64,000 nucleotides of DNA, from assembly GCF_006345805.1 (NCBI RefSeq), contig NC_042999.1, forward strand, positions 153,946,001 to 154,010,000, read 5' to 3'. Source of the DNA: Octopus sinensis (taxonomy: Eukaryota). Positions 15,010-28,429 of the stretch are shown piece by piece (within the stretch, counting starts at the first letter, position 1; every line of letters begins with the position of its first letter). Made by a program: the position numbers and the translations under genes. A model generated the notes under the pieces. It saw only the letters and a program-made list of their open reading frames with translations, did not search any database and was not told the origin of the DNA.

Positions 15010-15675
15010 ATAATAATAATGGCTTCAAATTTTTCCACAAGGACAGCCATTTTGGGGGAGGGGGATGAGTTTATTACATCGACCCCAGTGTTCAACTGGT
15101 ACTTGATTTATCACACCCCACCCCCACCAAAAATGGATGAAAGGCAAAGTCAACCTCAGCAGAATTTGAACTCAGAATGTAGCAGAAGAAATACCACTAA
15201 GCATTTCGACCAGAACGCTAACGATTCTGCCAGCTCACTGCCCTAATAATAATAATAAAATAATGATAATAAAGCATCAAGAAGAATATAAAGGAAATGG
15301 GAATAGAGTGTCCAGTAGAACTGTTCCAAAAGGTTTGTCTCCTTGGAAAAGTATTAAATAGTTGAAGAGAACAGATAGCAAGGTACCATAGGCTGCAGCT
15401 AGCAAGCCTGCTACACATTCAAAACCCCAGGAGTTCCCACAAAACCAGAGTTCAAAGAACAATAGTAGCAACCCTTTCGGCTATAAGCACAAAACCTGAA
15501 ATTTTGGGGGAGTGGACTTACAAGACTACATTGATTCCAGTGTTCAGCTGGTACTTAATTCATTGACCCCAAAAGGACAGAAAACAAAAATCAACCTCAG
15601 CAGAATTTGAACTCAGAACGCAACGAGTTGGAAGACATGTTAGGCATTTTGTCAGACATGTTAACAATTCTACTT
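15010..15675 (-). mobile_element. Two family-B SINEs
   Basis: 15010-15243 and 15470-15675. Confidence 0.8.
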
Positions 15676-16392
15676 ACAATAATAACAATAATAATAATAA
15701 TAAAAAAAGGTGCTACTGATGACTGAGTAGACAACAAAGCAAGAAATATTATTACAGTAAGAAGAAAGTGTCCAATTCACAGGGAAGGGGTATCTATGGG
15801 GGAGGGAAGGGGGTAGAAAAAGGAAGGTGTGCCACTGACAAAAGTGTGACTTGATGACATTCATAATTTTCTCAAGGGCATCAGTGGGGTAAGAAGTGGG
15901 AAGTGGTTTGGGTTAGGCATTTAAATCACTGAAATGAATATCAACAGGATCAGCCAAGATGTTGCAAGCACCCACCCCAAACTCAGTTGCCACCCAAATT
16001 GCAAGAAATAGCAGCTATTTCACCCTGAAACCACACGTCCTGAACTCTTAAGAAAAAATAAAAAAGAAAGTTTTCATACATATATTAGGCAATCTTTGTT
16101 GTGTAAAAATGCTGGGGTGTTGGCCAAAGGTGGAAAGCCTCTGATGATAGGTCACCTCAATGAGTGAGAATGAGTATGAGAATAACCAGCATTGACAACA
16201 ACACTCAGTCATCACAAACAAAGAATTATGAACTAAACTACAGTTGATATCAAAGAAATATATTGGGAAAGACTTTCATCTTCGATGAAACAAATGGGAA
16301 GAACATAAAATGTACCAGTGTGTATATAAACATGCATGTATGGAAAACCGACATTAAACGATGATGTACATGCATCATGCATGCTTATACAT

Positions 16393-16436
<44 letters not shown>

Positions 16437-17004
16437 TATATATATATATATATTTATATATATATGTATATATATGTATATATACACATACACAGAATCT
16501 GGTGTGTGCATGCATGTATGTACATATGTTATATCAGCAAGGAAGGCAAATGTTAAATGATGATGACGATATATATACCTGCCCCTGTATACATGCATTA
16601 TATATATATATACATATATAAATATATATACACACACACATACATATGCATATATACACACACACATGATGTTGTGTCTATATTTATCTATCTCCAGCTC
16701 TGTGTGTGTGGGGGGGTGTTTAATGTGCAATGTTTCTATTTATAAACAGCATCTGTGTGCATATGTATATGGAGGTGTGTAGGAGTACGTCTTCCAAATC
16801 CAAATGGTAATTGGCCGAACAGGAAATGATTAAGTGTCAATGATTGTAATCTTAATGAGAAAACACACACACACACACAAGTTGATCGAAAACACAAAAC
16901 TGTAAGTTAAGCTCCCATGTATGTAGCAGAGGCTGTTACAATTTTGGCAAGGTACCCACTACATTCATATACGAAAATAAATCCTCTTTGATATTGATGA
17001 TAAT

Positions 17005-17752
17005 ATTAATAATAATCTTCTTTACACTGCCCAAGGTGCGAAATTTTGGGGGAAGGGGCCAGTTGATTAGATCAACCCCAGTACACAACTGGTACTTAAT
17101 TTATTGACCCCAAACGATGAAAGGCAAAGATGACCTCTGCAGAATTTGAACTCAGTATGTAAAGACAGACGAAATATAGCTAAGCATTTTGGCGGTTGTG
17201 CTAATGGTTCAGCCTGCTTTCTGCCTTAACAACAAAAACAATTTGGCTGGGGCGGGGGGTACTTGATTACATCGACCTCTGTGTTCAACTGGTACTTATT
17301 TAATCGACCCCAAAAGGATGAAGGGCAAAGTCAAATGCAGCAGAATTTGAACTCTGAGCATAAAGGCACACGAAATGTCACTAAGCATTCTACCAGCTCA
17401 CAACTTTAATAATGATAGGTAAAGTCAACCTCAGCGGAATTTGAACTCAGAATGTAGCGACAGGTGAAATACCACTAAGCATTTCTCGCCCAGCGTGCTA
17501 ACAACTCTGCCAACTCACCGCCATAATAATGACAATAATATTCTTTTCTACTCTAGGCACAAGGCCCGAAATTTTTGGAAAGTGGGCCAGTCAATTAGAT
17601 CGATCCCAGTATGTAACTGGTACCTAATTTATCAACCCCGATGGGATGAAAGGCAAAGTCAACCTCAGCAGAATTTGAACTCAATATAAAGACAGACGAA
17701 ATACCGCTAAGCATTTCACCTGGCGTGCTAACAATTCTGCCAGCCCGTTGTC
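17005..17752 (-). mobile_element. Tandem cluster of four family-B SINEs
   Basis: Units at about 17010, 17240, 17420 and 17535, mostly separated by (TAA)-rich spacers. Confidence 0.85.
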
Positions 17753-18067
17753 TTAATAGTGATGATAATAATAATAATAATCATTTAATGCCTGTTTTCC
17801 ATGCTGGCATAGGTTGGACAGCTTGCGGGAGGAAACAGTTAATTATACCGACAAGTGCTCAACTGTTAATTGTTTTATCAACACCAGAAGGTTGAACAAA
17901 AGACAAGGTTTAACAATTTAAAATTAGAATGTGAAAAGTGATAACTAAATACCACCAGACATTTTATCAGGAGCTCTAATGATTCTGCCCCATGTCCACA
18001 CCCCAATCATAATCAGTGTCGGTGGATAAAATAACTGAAAGAAATTAATTCTTTGTTTTCAAAAGAC

Positions 18068-18840
18068 AGGTGCAGGTGTGGCTGTGTGGTGTAAGAAATT
18101 TGCTTCTCAACCACACGGTTCCCGGTTCAGTCCCACTGCGTGACACCTTGGGCAAGTGTCTTCTACTATAGCCTCAAACTGACTAAAGCCTTGTGACAGA
18201 ATTTGGTAGAAACTGGAAGAAGCTTGTCATGCTTGTATATGTGTTTATGTGTCTGCTATTTGTCCATCACCACTTGACAACAACCAGTGTTTGTGTTTTT
18301 ACATTCCACTTCCATAATTTAGCAGTTTCATAAAAGAACTCAATAGAATATGGACCATTCTTAAGTTAACAAAACAAAATGTACTGGGATTGATTTGCTT
18401 GACTAAAAGTTCCTGAAGGTAGTGGCCCAGCATGCCTGCAGTTTATTGATTAAAAAATAATAATATATATATATTGTGTGGGTAGAGGCCTGGGTGTAGC
18501 TGTGTGGTAAGAAGCTTGCTTCCCAACCACATGGTTCTGGGTTCAGTCCTACTGCATGACACCTTGGGCAAGTGTATTCTACTGTAGCCTTGGGCTGACC
18601 AGAGCCTTGTGAGTGGATCTGGTAGATGGAAACTGAAAGAAGCCCATTGTATATGTGGTCTGCCCCACCCACCATCACTTGACAACCAATGTTGGTGTGT
18701 TTACCTCCCCATAACTCGGTGGTAAGGCAAAAGAAACCGATAGAATAAGTACTAGGCTTACAAAGTATCAACCCTGGGGTCAATTTGTTTGACTAAAGAC
18801 AGTGCTCCAGAATGACCACATTCAAATGAGTGAAAAAAAA
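18068..18840 (+). mobile_element. Two tandem family-A SINEs
   Basis: 18068-18415 and 18483-18840, the latter followed by a poly(A). Confidence 0.85.
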
Positions 18841-19612
18841 AAAAAAAAAAAAAAAAAAGAAAATGCTGACATAAACATAGCCATATGCATCACATTAGGC
18901 TAGTGTGTTGCATGTGTGAGTTCAAATTGCGCTGAGGTCAACTTTGCCTTTCATCCTGTCTGGGTCAATAAATTAAGTACCAGTTGCATTCTGGCATCAA
19001 TCTTATTGACTAGGCCCCTACCCCAAAATTTCGGGCCTTGTGCCTAGAGCAGAAAAGAATTTATATATATATATATATATATATAAATAATGTGTGAATG
19101 TGTATTTATACACAGAGAGGTGACCCTTGACAGGACGCCTTACATGCTAGAAAGGGCAGCCAAACCCAAACTGTGAAATGTAATTCCAAAGAGAATGAAA
19201 ACAAAAATTATTTACTATTATAGACACTCTTATATATGAAAATATGTTGTCTACTGACTTTTATTATGCATGCTAGCCACCGGTATGAACAATTTTCTAA
19301 ATTTTCTACCCTTATAATTTTCACAGTAATACATACATATATATTTATATATATATATATCTTTTATCTTTTGCTTGCTTCAGTCATTAGATTGCTAGAT
19401 TGCAGTATGCATGTACTCATAAATACACACAGTGTTTGTATGCACACACACACACACACTCACATACCTGTGCATATGAAGGAGTGCACGTGTTTACACA
19501 CATACCTGATAAGGAACAATTTAACAGCAACAACGGAAAGAAGAAAAAAATGTGAATGTTGGAGGTTGAGCGAGTTTACAGGAATAAGAGAAATTCTCAT
19601 TATGCCGCCTCA

Positions 19613-19722
19613 GTGGTGGTGGTGGAGATGGTGGTGGTGGTGGAGATGGCGGTGGTGGTGGAGATGGTGGTGGTGGTGGAGATGGTGGTGTGGTGGTGGA
19701 GATGGTGGTGGTGGTGGAGGGG
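19613..19722. repeat. (GGT)4-5-GGAGAT compound repeat with an 18-bp period
   Basis: Direct reading; the minus strand encodes (SPPPPP)n. Confidence 0.9.
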
Positions 19723-19944
19723 GAAGTAGAGACGAAGGGAACGGAAGAACGACAGTGAAACAGCTCTGTGCTACCAGTCACCTATAAAAAGTACAAATCT
19801 GACCTTCAAACTAACATTGAACTGGTATCTACTTTCACCTACACTTGTAGTAAGGGGAAATAATTACGACTGGCACAATGTATCTGCACAACACAGAAAT
19901 GTAATAACTACAACAATAACGGCTGGTGGAACCCCCCACCATGA

Positions 19945-19980
<36 letters not shown>

Positions 19981-20190
19981 TCTCTCTATCTCTTTCACTG
20001 TCACAAAAATACCTACATGCAAAATTATATACATGCGAGTGTATGTGTTGTGTGTGTATAATACATATATGCACTATATACATATATATATATGTAAATA
20101 CATACCTCACACACACATTGTACAATAAACATACACACATGTACTATATCTATGTATATATACATACATGCACTGTATACTTATGTGTGC

Positions 20191-20223
<33 letters not shown>

Positions 20224-21004
20224 ATATACATATACACACACACATGTACTATAAATCTACACACACACACACACTATTTATATATATAAATACACATACA
20301 CACATGTACTATACACACACACATGCACTATATATATAAATACACATACACATGCACTATATACATATATACACAGAGATTGAGGTTTGTTTTAATGTCA
20401 AGTTATATATAAAAACAATTTAATGTTAAACTCAAGGATCACGCAAATTCTTTTTACAGGAGTACATGTTTATTAATTTTTACAAGGAAAAGTTCGACTT
20501 CGAAGTCGCTTCACCATCACTCTAATGATGACAGGCAAGCTAAAACTTCAAAAGCCGCTGCTAGTCTTTCCCTTTATAATGTAATATATATATCCTCCAC
20601 TGTAGCATTCACATCCTTGTTAAGCAAGATCAAAAATGAAAGTAGACAACTGTGTGTGATAGCAAATGTAAACATCACAGGAGAAGAAATACTATACAGA
20701 GAACATGGAGCTGTAAATACCGTATATATTTAGTGAAATATTGAAAAATATTGGCAGATAAACCAAGATGTAATATTATGGGACACATTACTGAAAGAAC
20801 CAAATCGATAACAGTTTTTTTTTTTTTTGCCACAAGGACACCAGTGCAGGTAGCATTATGAGACTGTATTACACAACCAGTCAATGTGGCTTTTACAGAG
20901 AGTATGAAGAAATGCATGGAAAATAACGCAGAAAGATATGAATACCTTCATAAGAGAGGAATCACTGAATGCTATGAATGAGCCTCATAAGTTGACTAAA
21001 CTAG

Positions 21005-21159
21005 TAAATAATAATCTTTTCTACTAAAAGCACAAGGTCTGAAATTTTTGGGGGAGGAGGAGGAAAGTCGATCACATAGACCCCAGCACTTGACTGGTAC
21101 TTAATTTATTGATCCCCACCCCCCAAAAGGATGAAAGGCAAAGTCGACTTCAGTGGAAT

Positions 21160-21193
<34 letters not shown>

Positions 21194-21660
21194 TGCTTTC
21201 TGGTTTAGATGCAAGACCAGCAATTAAATGGTGTGTGATTAGAGAACAGCACTGACCCTAGCATGTGACTGGTCCTTATTTTATCAACACTGAAAGGACA
21301 AACAGCAAAGCTGGCCTTGGCTGGATTTGAACTCTGAATGTAAAGAGCCCGAAGAAACGTTAAGCATTTCTGTCTGATGTCTTAAATCATTCAAATTTCG
21401 GCACAAGGACAACAATTTTTTTTTGGGGGGAGCTTAACTGCTACCATCAACTACAGTACTTGAGGGGTACTTTATTTTTTATCACCCACCTCAATCCCCC
21501 CACCCCTGAAAGGATGGAAGGCAAAATTGACCTTGGCGGCATTTGAACCTTATAATGAAAGGAATTCAAAGAAATGCTTCAAAAATATTTCGTCCAACAT
21601 GTTAACAAACCCTCTAGCTTATTACCTTCAAAAATTATAAATAATAACAATAATAAAAAC

Positions 21661-21699
<39 letters not shown>

Positions 21700-21850
21700 T
21701 GTTTCAAATTCTGGCATAAAGCCAGTAACCTTAATGACAGAAGGGTGGCTAGTCAATACCTGCAATTCCTAACCCCAGTACTTGACTGATACCTTATCGT
21801 ATTAACCCCACCACCACCACCACCAGACAAAAGACAACACTGACCTCATA
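21005..21850 (-). mobile_element. Tandem cluster of diverged family-B SINEs
   Basis: Four units separated by (TAA)n arrays. Confidence 0.75.
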
Positions 21851-21952
21851 ACAACAGCAACAAATATACAGACTCAATTTTTTTCTTTTTCTTTTATAGA
21901 TTGCAGATAAGCATGGATATTTATATTAAATTAGGTGAAATAAAGAAGATAC

Positions 21953-22080
21953 GGTCTTCAAGCGTGTCTTAATCAGGATCATAAAGAAGTACGTTGCTGC
22001 TTTCCACAACATGGTATTCACCCATGTTGCGAATGACCTCTGTGTGTCACGCAATCTCATTTCTGTCTCACCTTCCACCT
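21953..22080 (-). CDS. Candidate internal exon EVEGETEMRLRDTQRSFATWVNTMLWKAA..., resembling the first helix of a calponin-homology domain
   Basis: Acceptor gtgtttatatcag at 22081-82. The peptide pattern F-x-x-W-x-N-x-x-L-x-K-A matches alpha-actinin/spectrin-type CH1 starts (e.g. FTAWCNSHLRKAG). Donor uncertain (GTACTT after 21993 or GTATCT after 21953), and sequence after KAA does not continue CH-like. Confidence 0.35.
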
Positions 22081-22724
22081 CTGATATAAACACAACACTT
22101 TTATTATGCTTTGCCTGTCTCGGTACATAATAATAACAGGTTTCTTTATTTTACTTTATTTACACACAGATATGAAGTGTGGAAGATTTTGTGAGGTATT
22201 TCTAACCGTTTGTCATATAACACAGGTGGACTAGAACGTTAGGTAGATTGTCAGGCAAAAAGGACAACGCAACACGTTGCCTTGTATTGTGTCTAGCCCT
22301 GCTTATCTGCATTCTGATTTCAAATCTTGCCAAGGTCAACTTTGTTTTGGATGTGTTTCGTTGGGTGTAAATAAAGCAAAATATACCAGTGTGTTTTGTG
22401 TGTGGCTTTAGCGAGCCTGTTAGAGATTGATGTAGCAGAGAAGGAAGTGGAAATAGCAGCAACAGGGAATTTGAAACAAAATTATGGACGAAAACAATAA
22501 CAAATGAATGGTGGTAATGGGGATGGTGAGGGACACGTTGAAAAAAAAAACAAAAAAAATCCTTTCTATTATAGGTACAAGGCCTGAAATTTGCAGGGCG
22601 GGGGAGGTTTAGTCAAATACATAGACCCCAGCAGAATTTCTACTTAGAATAATAATGATAATAATGATAATAATAATAATAATAATAATAATATAATAAT
22701 AATAATAAAGATATAACATTGATG

Positions 22725-22940
22725 ATGATTTCTTACACTAGGCACAAGGCCCAAAATTTTTGGAAAGGGGGCCAGTCGATTAGATCGACACCAGAATGCA
22801 ACTGGTACTTAATTTATCGACCCCAAAATGATAAAAGGCAAAGTCGACCTCGGCGGAATTTGAACTCAGAATGTAAAGGCAGACGAAATACTGCTAAGCA
22901 TTTCGCCCGGCATGCTAACGTTTCTGTCAGTTCACCGCCT
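22725..22940 (-). mobile_element. SINE family B between (TAA)n arrays
   Basis: Near-consensus. Confidence 0.88.
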
Positions 22941-23700
22941 TATAATAATAAAAATAATAATATTGATAATAAAAAAAAAAACATCATATATTTGAAAATG
23001 AAAATGTGGTCCACAACAGAAATGACACACACACACATGAATGTAAGTATAAAAATGTTTGTAGTGTGTGTGTGTGTGTGTATGGTATTAAGTAGTGATA
23101 TGAATTGGAATGAGACATATACAATAACTGGGGTCTGACATTTAACCTTAGCTAATAAATCATATCCCATGCAAACCGTTAATCCTTTTAGTGACAGCAT
23201 TCCCTAATGAGTAGACTTGCTGATTAAAGTGTTTTAATTCAATAATAATATAAACAAAAAATTTGGAAAAGCTTTGTAAAATGCATGTGGTTGCATAACA
23301 TGTTAGTATATACCAAGTGAAATCCTAAGTTACCATAGATGTATAACAAGATTTTGGTCAAGGATCTGAGCAGGTGGTCACAGGTGGATTGGTATTAAGT
23401 GAACCAAGCCAGTAAGACTAATAGAGATATGTGAGGAATTTTTCCAAAGTAATATGATTTATCAAGGAACAGGATGTTTTGGGAAAATTTTTTTTTCATA
23501 AAGCTCCATTCATTTCCCCCTGGTACACCATATATACACACGCAGGTAACAAACAGGAAACTGTGTGTACATATGTAGGTTTGTGTCTATATATATAAAT
23601 ACATCTGCACACACACACACATATATATATATATTTACTAATATTTAGCAGAAGCAACAGAGTGACTCAAGGACTGAGAATTTCGTGCATTAGCACTTAC

Positions 23701-23714
23701 CAAAGTTGATTCTG
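23701..23714 (-). CDS. Candidate 14-nt microexon (CAGAATCAACTTTG, giving S-E-S-T-L after the phase-1 T)
   Basis: Minus strand reads ...tgtttaatgtttag|CAGAATCAACTTTG|gtaagt: a perfect GTAAGT donor and a TAGCAG tandem acceptor. It keeps the frame open after the 24329 exon; the 11-nt form would create TAA. Confidence 0.35.
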
Positions 23715-24328
23715 CTAAACATTAAACATATATATATACATACACATACATATATATATATATATACACACACACACATATATATATATATATGTGTATA
23801 TACATACATATATACACAGATATATATATATATACATACATACACCCATGCTTTGAGTTCTATTTTTCGTTTGCATCACCAAGCCTTTACACACACACAC
23901 ATGTACAAACACAGATATATGCATGATTTTCATTCATTGATCTGGGAAGAAAGAGGGGCAGCAAGTGCTCTTAGTGTTTCCAGGTCCTCCTTCTAGGCTA
24001 TGGAGTCAGTTACAACTTCAATCAGATATTTAATATGCAAACATGTGTGTCCATGTTTGTAAACACAAGATGGAAACTGTACATGAGCAATCACCCTACT
24101 AGAAATAACAGCCAAATCTCACTCAAACCATATATCATACTCTGTTAACAAAACAAAAAGGAGGGATAAGATAGATAGTTGATAATGGACCTAGAAGAAA
24201 AAGATGGGATCATTACAAGTGAAACACTTTGGATCATAGGTCAGCTGGAGGAGGGTGGATCTAGGACCAAAGAACAACAACAAAGAAAAGAGTCAAATAG
24301 ATTTTGTTTGTTTTAATGTTTTACTCAC

Positions 24329-24560
24329 AGAGGGAATCCATGGTTCCAGTACTTGCATTGCTAGATCTTCTGCCATCTCCAACTAAACTGGCAACTTGTA
24401 AACTGATCCGACGATCCAACTGGATACTGTGTCTTTTACGACCAGCTTTGGTCTTGAAACCTTCCTCGGCTTCTTCAATACTCCGCATCTTTTCCGTTAC
24501 ATCGAACTTATCGTCGTCATTTGAGTGGTTTTTAGACATCAGTCTTTTCACGAAAGACAT
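24329..24560 (-). CDS. First coding exon of an unidentified minus-strand host gene (77 codons + 1 nt: MSFVKRLMSKNHSNDDDKFDVTEKMRSIEEAEEGFKTKAGRKRHSIQLDRRISLQVASLVGDGRRSSNASTGTMDSL)
   Basis: Non-repetitive ORF with protein-like composition. ATG at 24560 has an in-frame upstream TGA. The frame runs into CTC T|GTGAGT, a consensus donor (phase 1) just before the genomic stop. A pyrimidine-tract + TAG acceptor at about 24735 would supply a 5' UTR. Basic-x-S motifs (RRIS, RRSS, KRHS). No family recognised. Confidence 0.7.
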
Positions 24561-25849
24561 CCTGAATTTTTTTTTCTTTTTTAAAATTCCTTCTTTTCAC
24601 TTTATATCTTTAGTGGGCTTGTTCTCGGAAAGAAGCTGAAATACTTCCGACCTGACCTCACCTCACCTTCTAACTTGACCTAACGTGACTGCCAGGTACA
24701 ACAGACCCTACCAGTCAATGTTCCAACAGAACGGCTAGAGTTAGAGTGAGTGATAGTGAGTCAAGTGAGTAAATGAGTGGAAAGCAAGAACGAGAGATAG
24801 AGAGAGAATGAGAGAGAGAGAGAGTATGTGAGAAAGAGAGAGAGAGCCCAAGGACATTTGAAAGCTAAATGTTAAAATTGCTATTTACCACTTACACGGA
24901 GTGTTGAAAAAGTAACTGTTTGACTGTTCAAGAAGTATAAAAGCTAGTCTTAGATCAGCTGCTAGTTATTTGGACAGGGCTGGGCTGGGAGGTGTTTTTT
25001 TGGTACTCTTTTACTACCTGTTTTGGAATTTAACAATTTCCAAAATAATATTGAAAGTAAAATATTATACTGAAAGATTTACAAGAGAAAAAGTTGTTTC
25101 TAAAATTTTGTGAAAACCAAAGTGACTTTTATGTATGACACAGCTAATTAATAACTGTAATTACACGAAAGAATTAATTTTTTAGCAGTGTCAACAAAAG
25201 TACTGAATAAAAAACCAAGGTTTTGAAGAGGGGATTGAATGAGAAAATTGTAGGAAGTTTAGAAAACTTTGGTTGGAAAAGTTCCTAAGAAGTGAGTAAG
25301 GCCTTTTGGCAGGGCCAAGTGACAACTGCCAGGTAGTAGCAGTACCTTAAACTATGTGTGGTAGATGAGGTGTGCGGTACACAAGTGAAACACATCACAC
25401 TTTCAGATGAAAGTTGATGACAAGTGGTTGGTGTGTGAAAGTGAGTGAATGTGTGCGTGCGTGAATTTGTGTGTGTGGGTATGTCTGTGTGAGTATGTGT
25501 ATCTGTGTGTGTGTGTGTAGTTTATTATATCAGCCCAGCAGGTATCCCCTTATGTACAAGTTCTGGTTGGTCAGCTACCTGAAGTAGAGGAGTCAAGGAA
25601 GGAAGGAAATAAAGTTTGGCAGCTTTTGACCACTCCCCCTCCTTGAATACAAAAACTCACTGCTTGTGTGAGTCGGAGGAAAGAGAAGGAGAGACGGATG
25701 AGGTGTAAAGAGGAGAGACAGAGAGAGAAAGAGTGAGAGAGGGGGAAAACGAAAACAACCGTAGAAATAATTTCGAAAGTAGGAGATAAAAAATCAAAAA
25801 AACCATGTAAACAAAGTAAAAATGTAAAACTGATTTTAATTTGTTCACA

Positions 25850-26760
25850 CTCTGGTGAGGATGTATTTTCGAAAGTCTGGTAGGAAAGGAGCTTCACGTC
25901 AGCTGAGAGGACAAATCGAGAGAGGGGGAGAATAACAGCAGCAAAACCAAAACAAAAAACGGCGAAATGTATGGCTTAGGAAGAAAACGGCGGGTGGGGA
26001 GGTCTTCAGACATGGACTTAACGCAATAGGAAGAAGGCAATAGATAGGAATTATGAATTTTCCAACGTAAAGTGGGATAATGCAGATACCATTGTAACTG
26101 AATCGATAGCAACAGCAGGAGCAGCAGCGAAGAAATCACTAAAAAAAATGTATATAAAGAAAGAATCAGAGCGAGTAAAATATTTCACCGCAATGGTGGT
26201 TTATCGGGAGAGGGGGAGCGAGAGAGAAGAGAATGGTACATTGGCTGTGTAAATAGAAGCGAAACCTTCTCCAGGGAAGGGGGCTATACATAGAAATTGG
26301 CTGTGGTAGACAGAAGGTAACAATGAATAGAAATCGAAGAAGGCGGCGTTTAAAAGAAGATAAAACCGTTAACACAGACAGAACATAGCAGCTAGGGTAG
26401 AAAAGCGAAATAGCTAGGAAGAAGTGCAATAATAATAATGATAATACATGCTTCGATGTCGCAGCAACAACATACTTCGCCTCTTTCCTAACCGTGACAG
26501 TAAAATTGGAGATGGACGGAGGTATAACAATACTATACTGGATTAAACCGTTCGGTGGTAGCACTTGGTCCCACCAAGGCCTTACAGACACCTGAAGGAA
26601 GCATGTGTGTGGTCGGTGGCTCCCGGAAGATTCGCTATCACAGCAGCATTGCAGTGTAGTCGCAGTAGACGTGTCGAGGTGGTCGCAGCTCTAATTGGTA
26701 GTAGCAGCAGCAAACAGCGGCTGTGGCGACCAAACAGCAGCAAATTGTAGACCAATGTTT
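25850..26760 (-). promoter_or_regulatory. CpG-rich promoter / 5' UTR-like region with two CCAAT boxes
   Basis: 9 CpG counted in 26581-26760 versus 1 in a typical segment (43021-43200). Two ATTGGCTGT (cagCCAAT on the minus strand, NF-Y-like) at 26240 and 26296. Nearly free of SINEs and 1.3-2.2 kb upstream of the 24560 ATG. Confidence 0.5.
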
Positions 26761-26833
26761 CTTCAGTAGGAACAGCTAGGCTAGTCTTTCACTTGATATA
26801 TTACTATACATAAATAAACACATCACACACACA

Positions 26834-26876
<43 letters not shown>

Positions 26877-28321
26877 AGCTAGCGCACTCAGCTGATGTAT
26901 GAAAGAACAGGCACACGAACACATACGCGCATACACGCACCAGACATCTATATATAAATTATACATACATAAAATATAAAAAGAAAATGGGGCTTCTGTA
27001 GTTTAACCCTACAAAGGAATAAACAATAACCGGCTTTTATTTGGATTATTTATTTATTTTATTTATTTAAAATGAAAAAGAAAAATAAGAATTTTACGAA
27101 ACGAACACGGTAGATGCGTCTTCATAATAATAATAATAATAATAAAAAAAGCGACGGAGGCGGTCAGTGTCTTAAAATGACCAGGAATACTGATAGAGGT
27201 GGTAGGATTATGATTATAGTCTTATTATAATTAGAGATAAGGAATGTCAGGGTACTCTATCATACCCTTAACACAGCCGAAAGGAGGATATATAAACAGG
27301 TTTATCGATCGATTTATTAATATGATAAATAAGTGTTTAAACTATAAATAGGTTGCCGATTTTTTTTCCCCGTAAAATCAGCGCCGCTGCCCAGGAAAGT
27401 TTAAGGATGTGGTTAGCACATGTCGCGTGTTTACATTATGGTAAATTTTTGCTTCATTGCGGTCTTAGAGTCAAAGTAAGAAAGAAAAAAAGAAATAATA
27501 GTAAACAAATAAAAATGTATTCGCGTCTGGTTACGGGTGACAGTCGGGTGGATGGAATCTATGGGGTCACTTGAGCTAATACAAGAATCTGCCCTTATGT
27601 GGTTCATTTAATATATATATATATATATAATATATTTATATAAAATAGCAGCCGAATATATCTTGAAGCGATATATATTCCTCTAAAAGAAAAAAAGAAA
27701 AGAACTGTGTATTGGATAATATATTCCAAGAGATGCTGTGTCTAAATAAAAAAAAGAAAGAAAGAAAAGAAAGGGAGAAAGAGAGAGGGGGAAGGGGAAA
27801 CGGATGAGATGGTTACGGCTAGAATGTTTGATCAGGTCTGCAGGATCAGAGCTGACCAGGGGCTAAACAAGTATATATTTCTTTACTACCCACAAGGGGC
27901 TAAACACAGAGGGGACAAACAAGGATAGACAAACGGATTAAGTCGATTACATCGATCCCAGTGCGTAACTGGTACTTAATTTATCGACCCCGAAAGGATG
28001 AAAGGCAAAGAAGTATAACGGATATACGAGGACTGAAACTGTCATTTTGTTATTTTAATTGAATTAACGGAACTTACATATGTATATATTTATACGTCTG
28101 CTAGTCTATCAAGAAGAACTGAAGAAATTCTTGGATGTTTAATGACAGAGAATGAGGGAATTATAAAGAGAAATTGGTAAGTAATTTATCAAACAAACAT
28201 TTTTTTATATTTTTTCTATAAAATAATTATTAATAATTATATATATATATATATATATACATACAAACAAAGATAACTTAATACTTTTTCGCGGACTACA
28301 TATCTATTTTTCACAAGGAAA

Positions 28322-28429
28322 AAAAGGTTGACAGTGATTTCGAAGTTTCGGCTTTGCTCACCACCTTAATCAGACAGTTTGGTGAAGGAGGCAGGCAAGC
28401 CAAAACTTCGAAGTCACTTTCAACCTTTT
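28322..28429. repeat. About 35-bp imperfect inverted repeat (MITE-like foldback), with a diverged relative at about 20445-20575
   Basis: aaaaggttgacagtgatttcgaagtttcggctttgc versus the reverse complement of gcaagccaaaacttcgaagtcactttcaacctttt (3 mismatches, 1 indel); inner tcacca/tggtga pair. Confidence 0.7.

Noticed and set aside
23334-23417. 84-nt minus-strand segment with a good acceptor and a GTAACT donor between exon 1 and the 22 kb exon
   Set aside because: Stop codons in all three frames; at most a poison exon, with no support.
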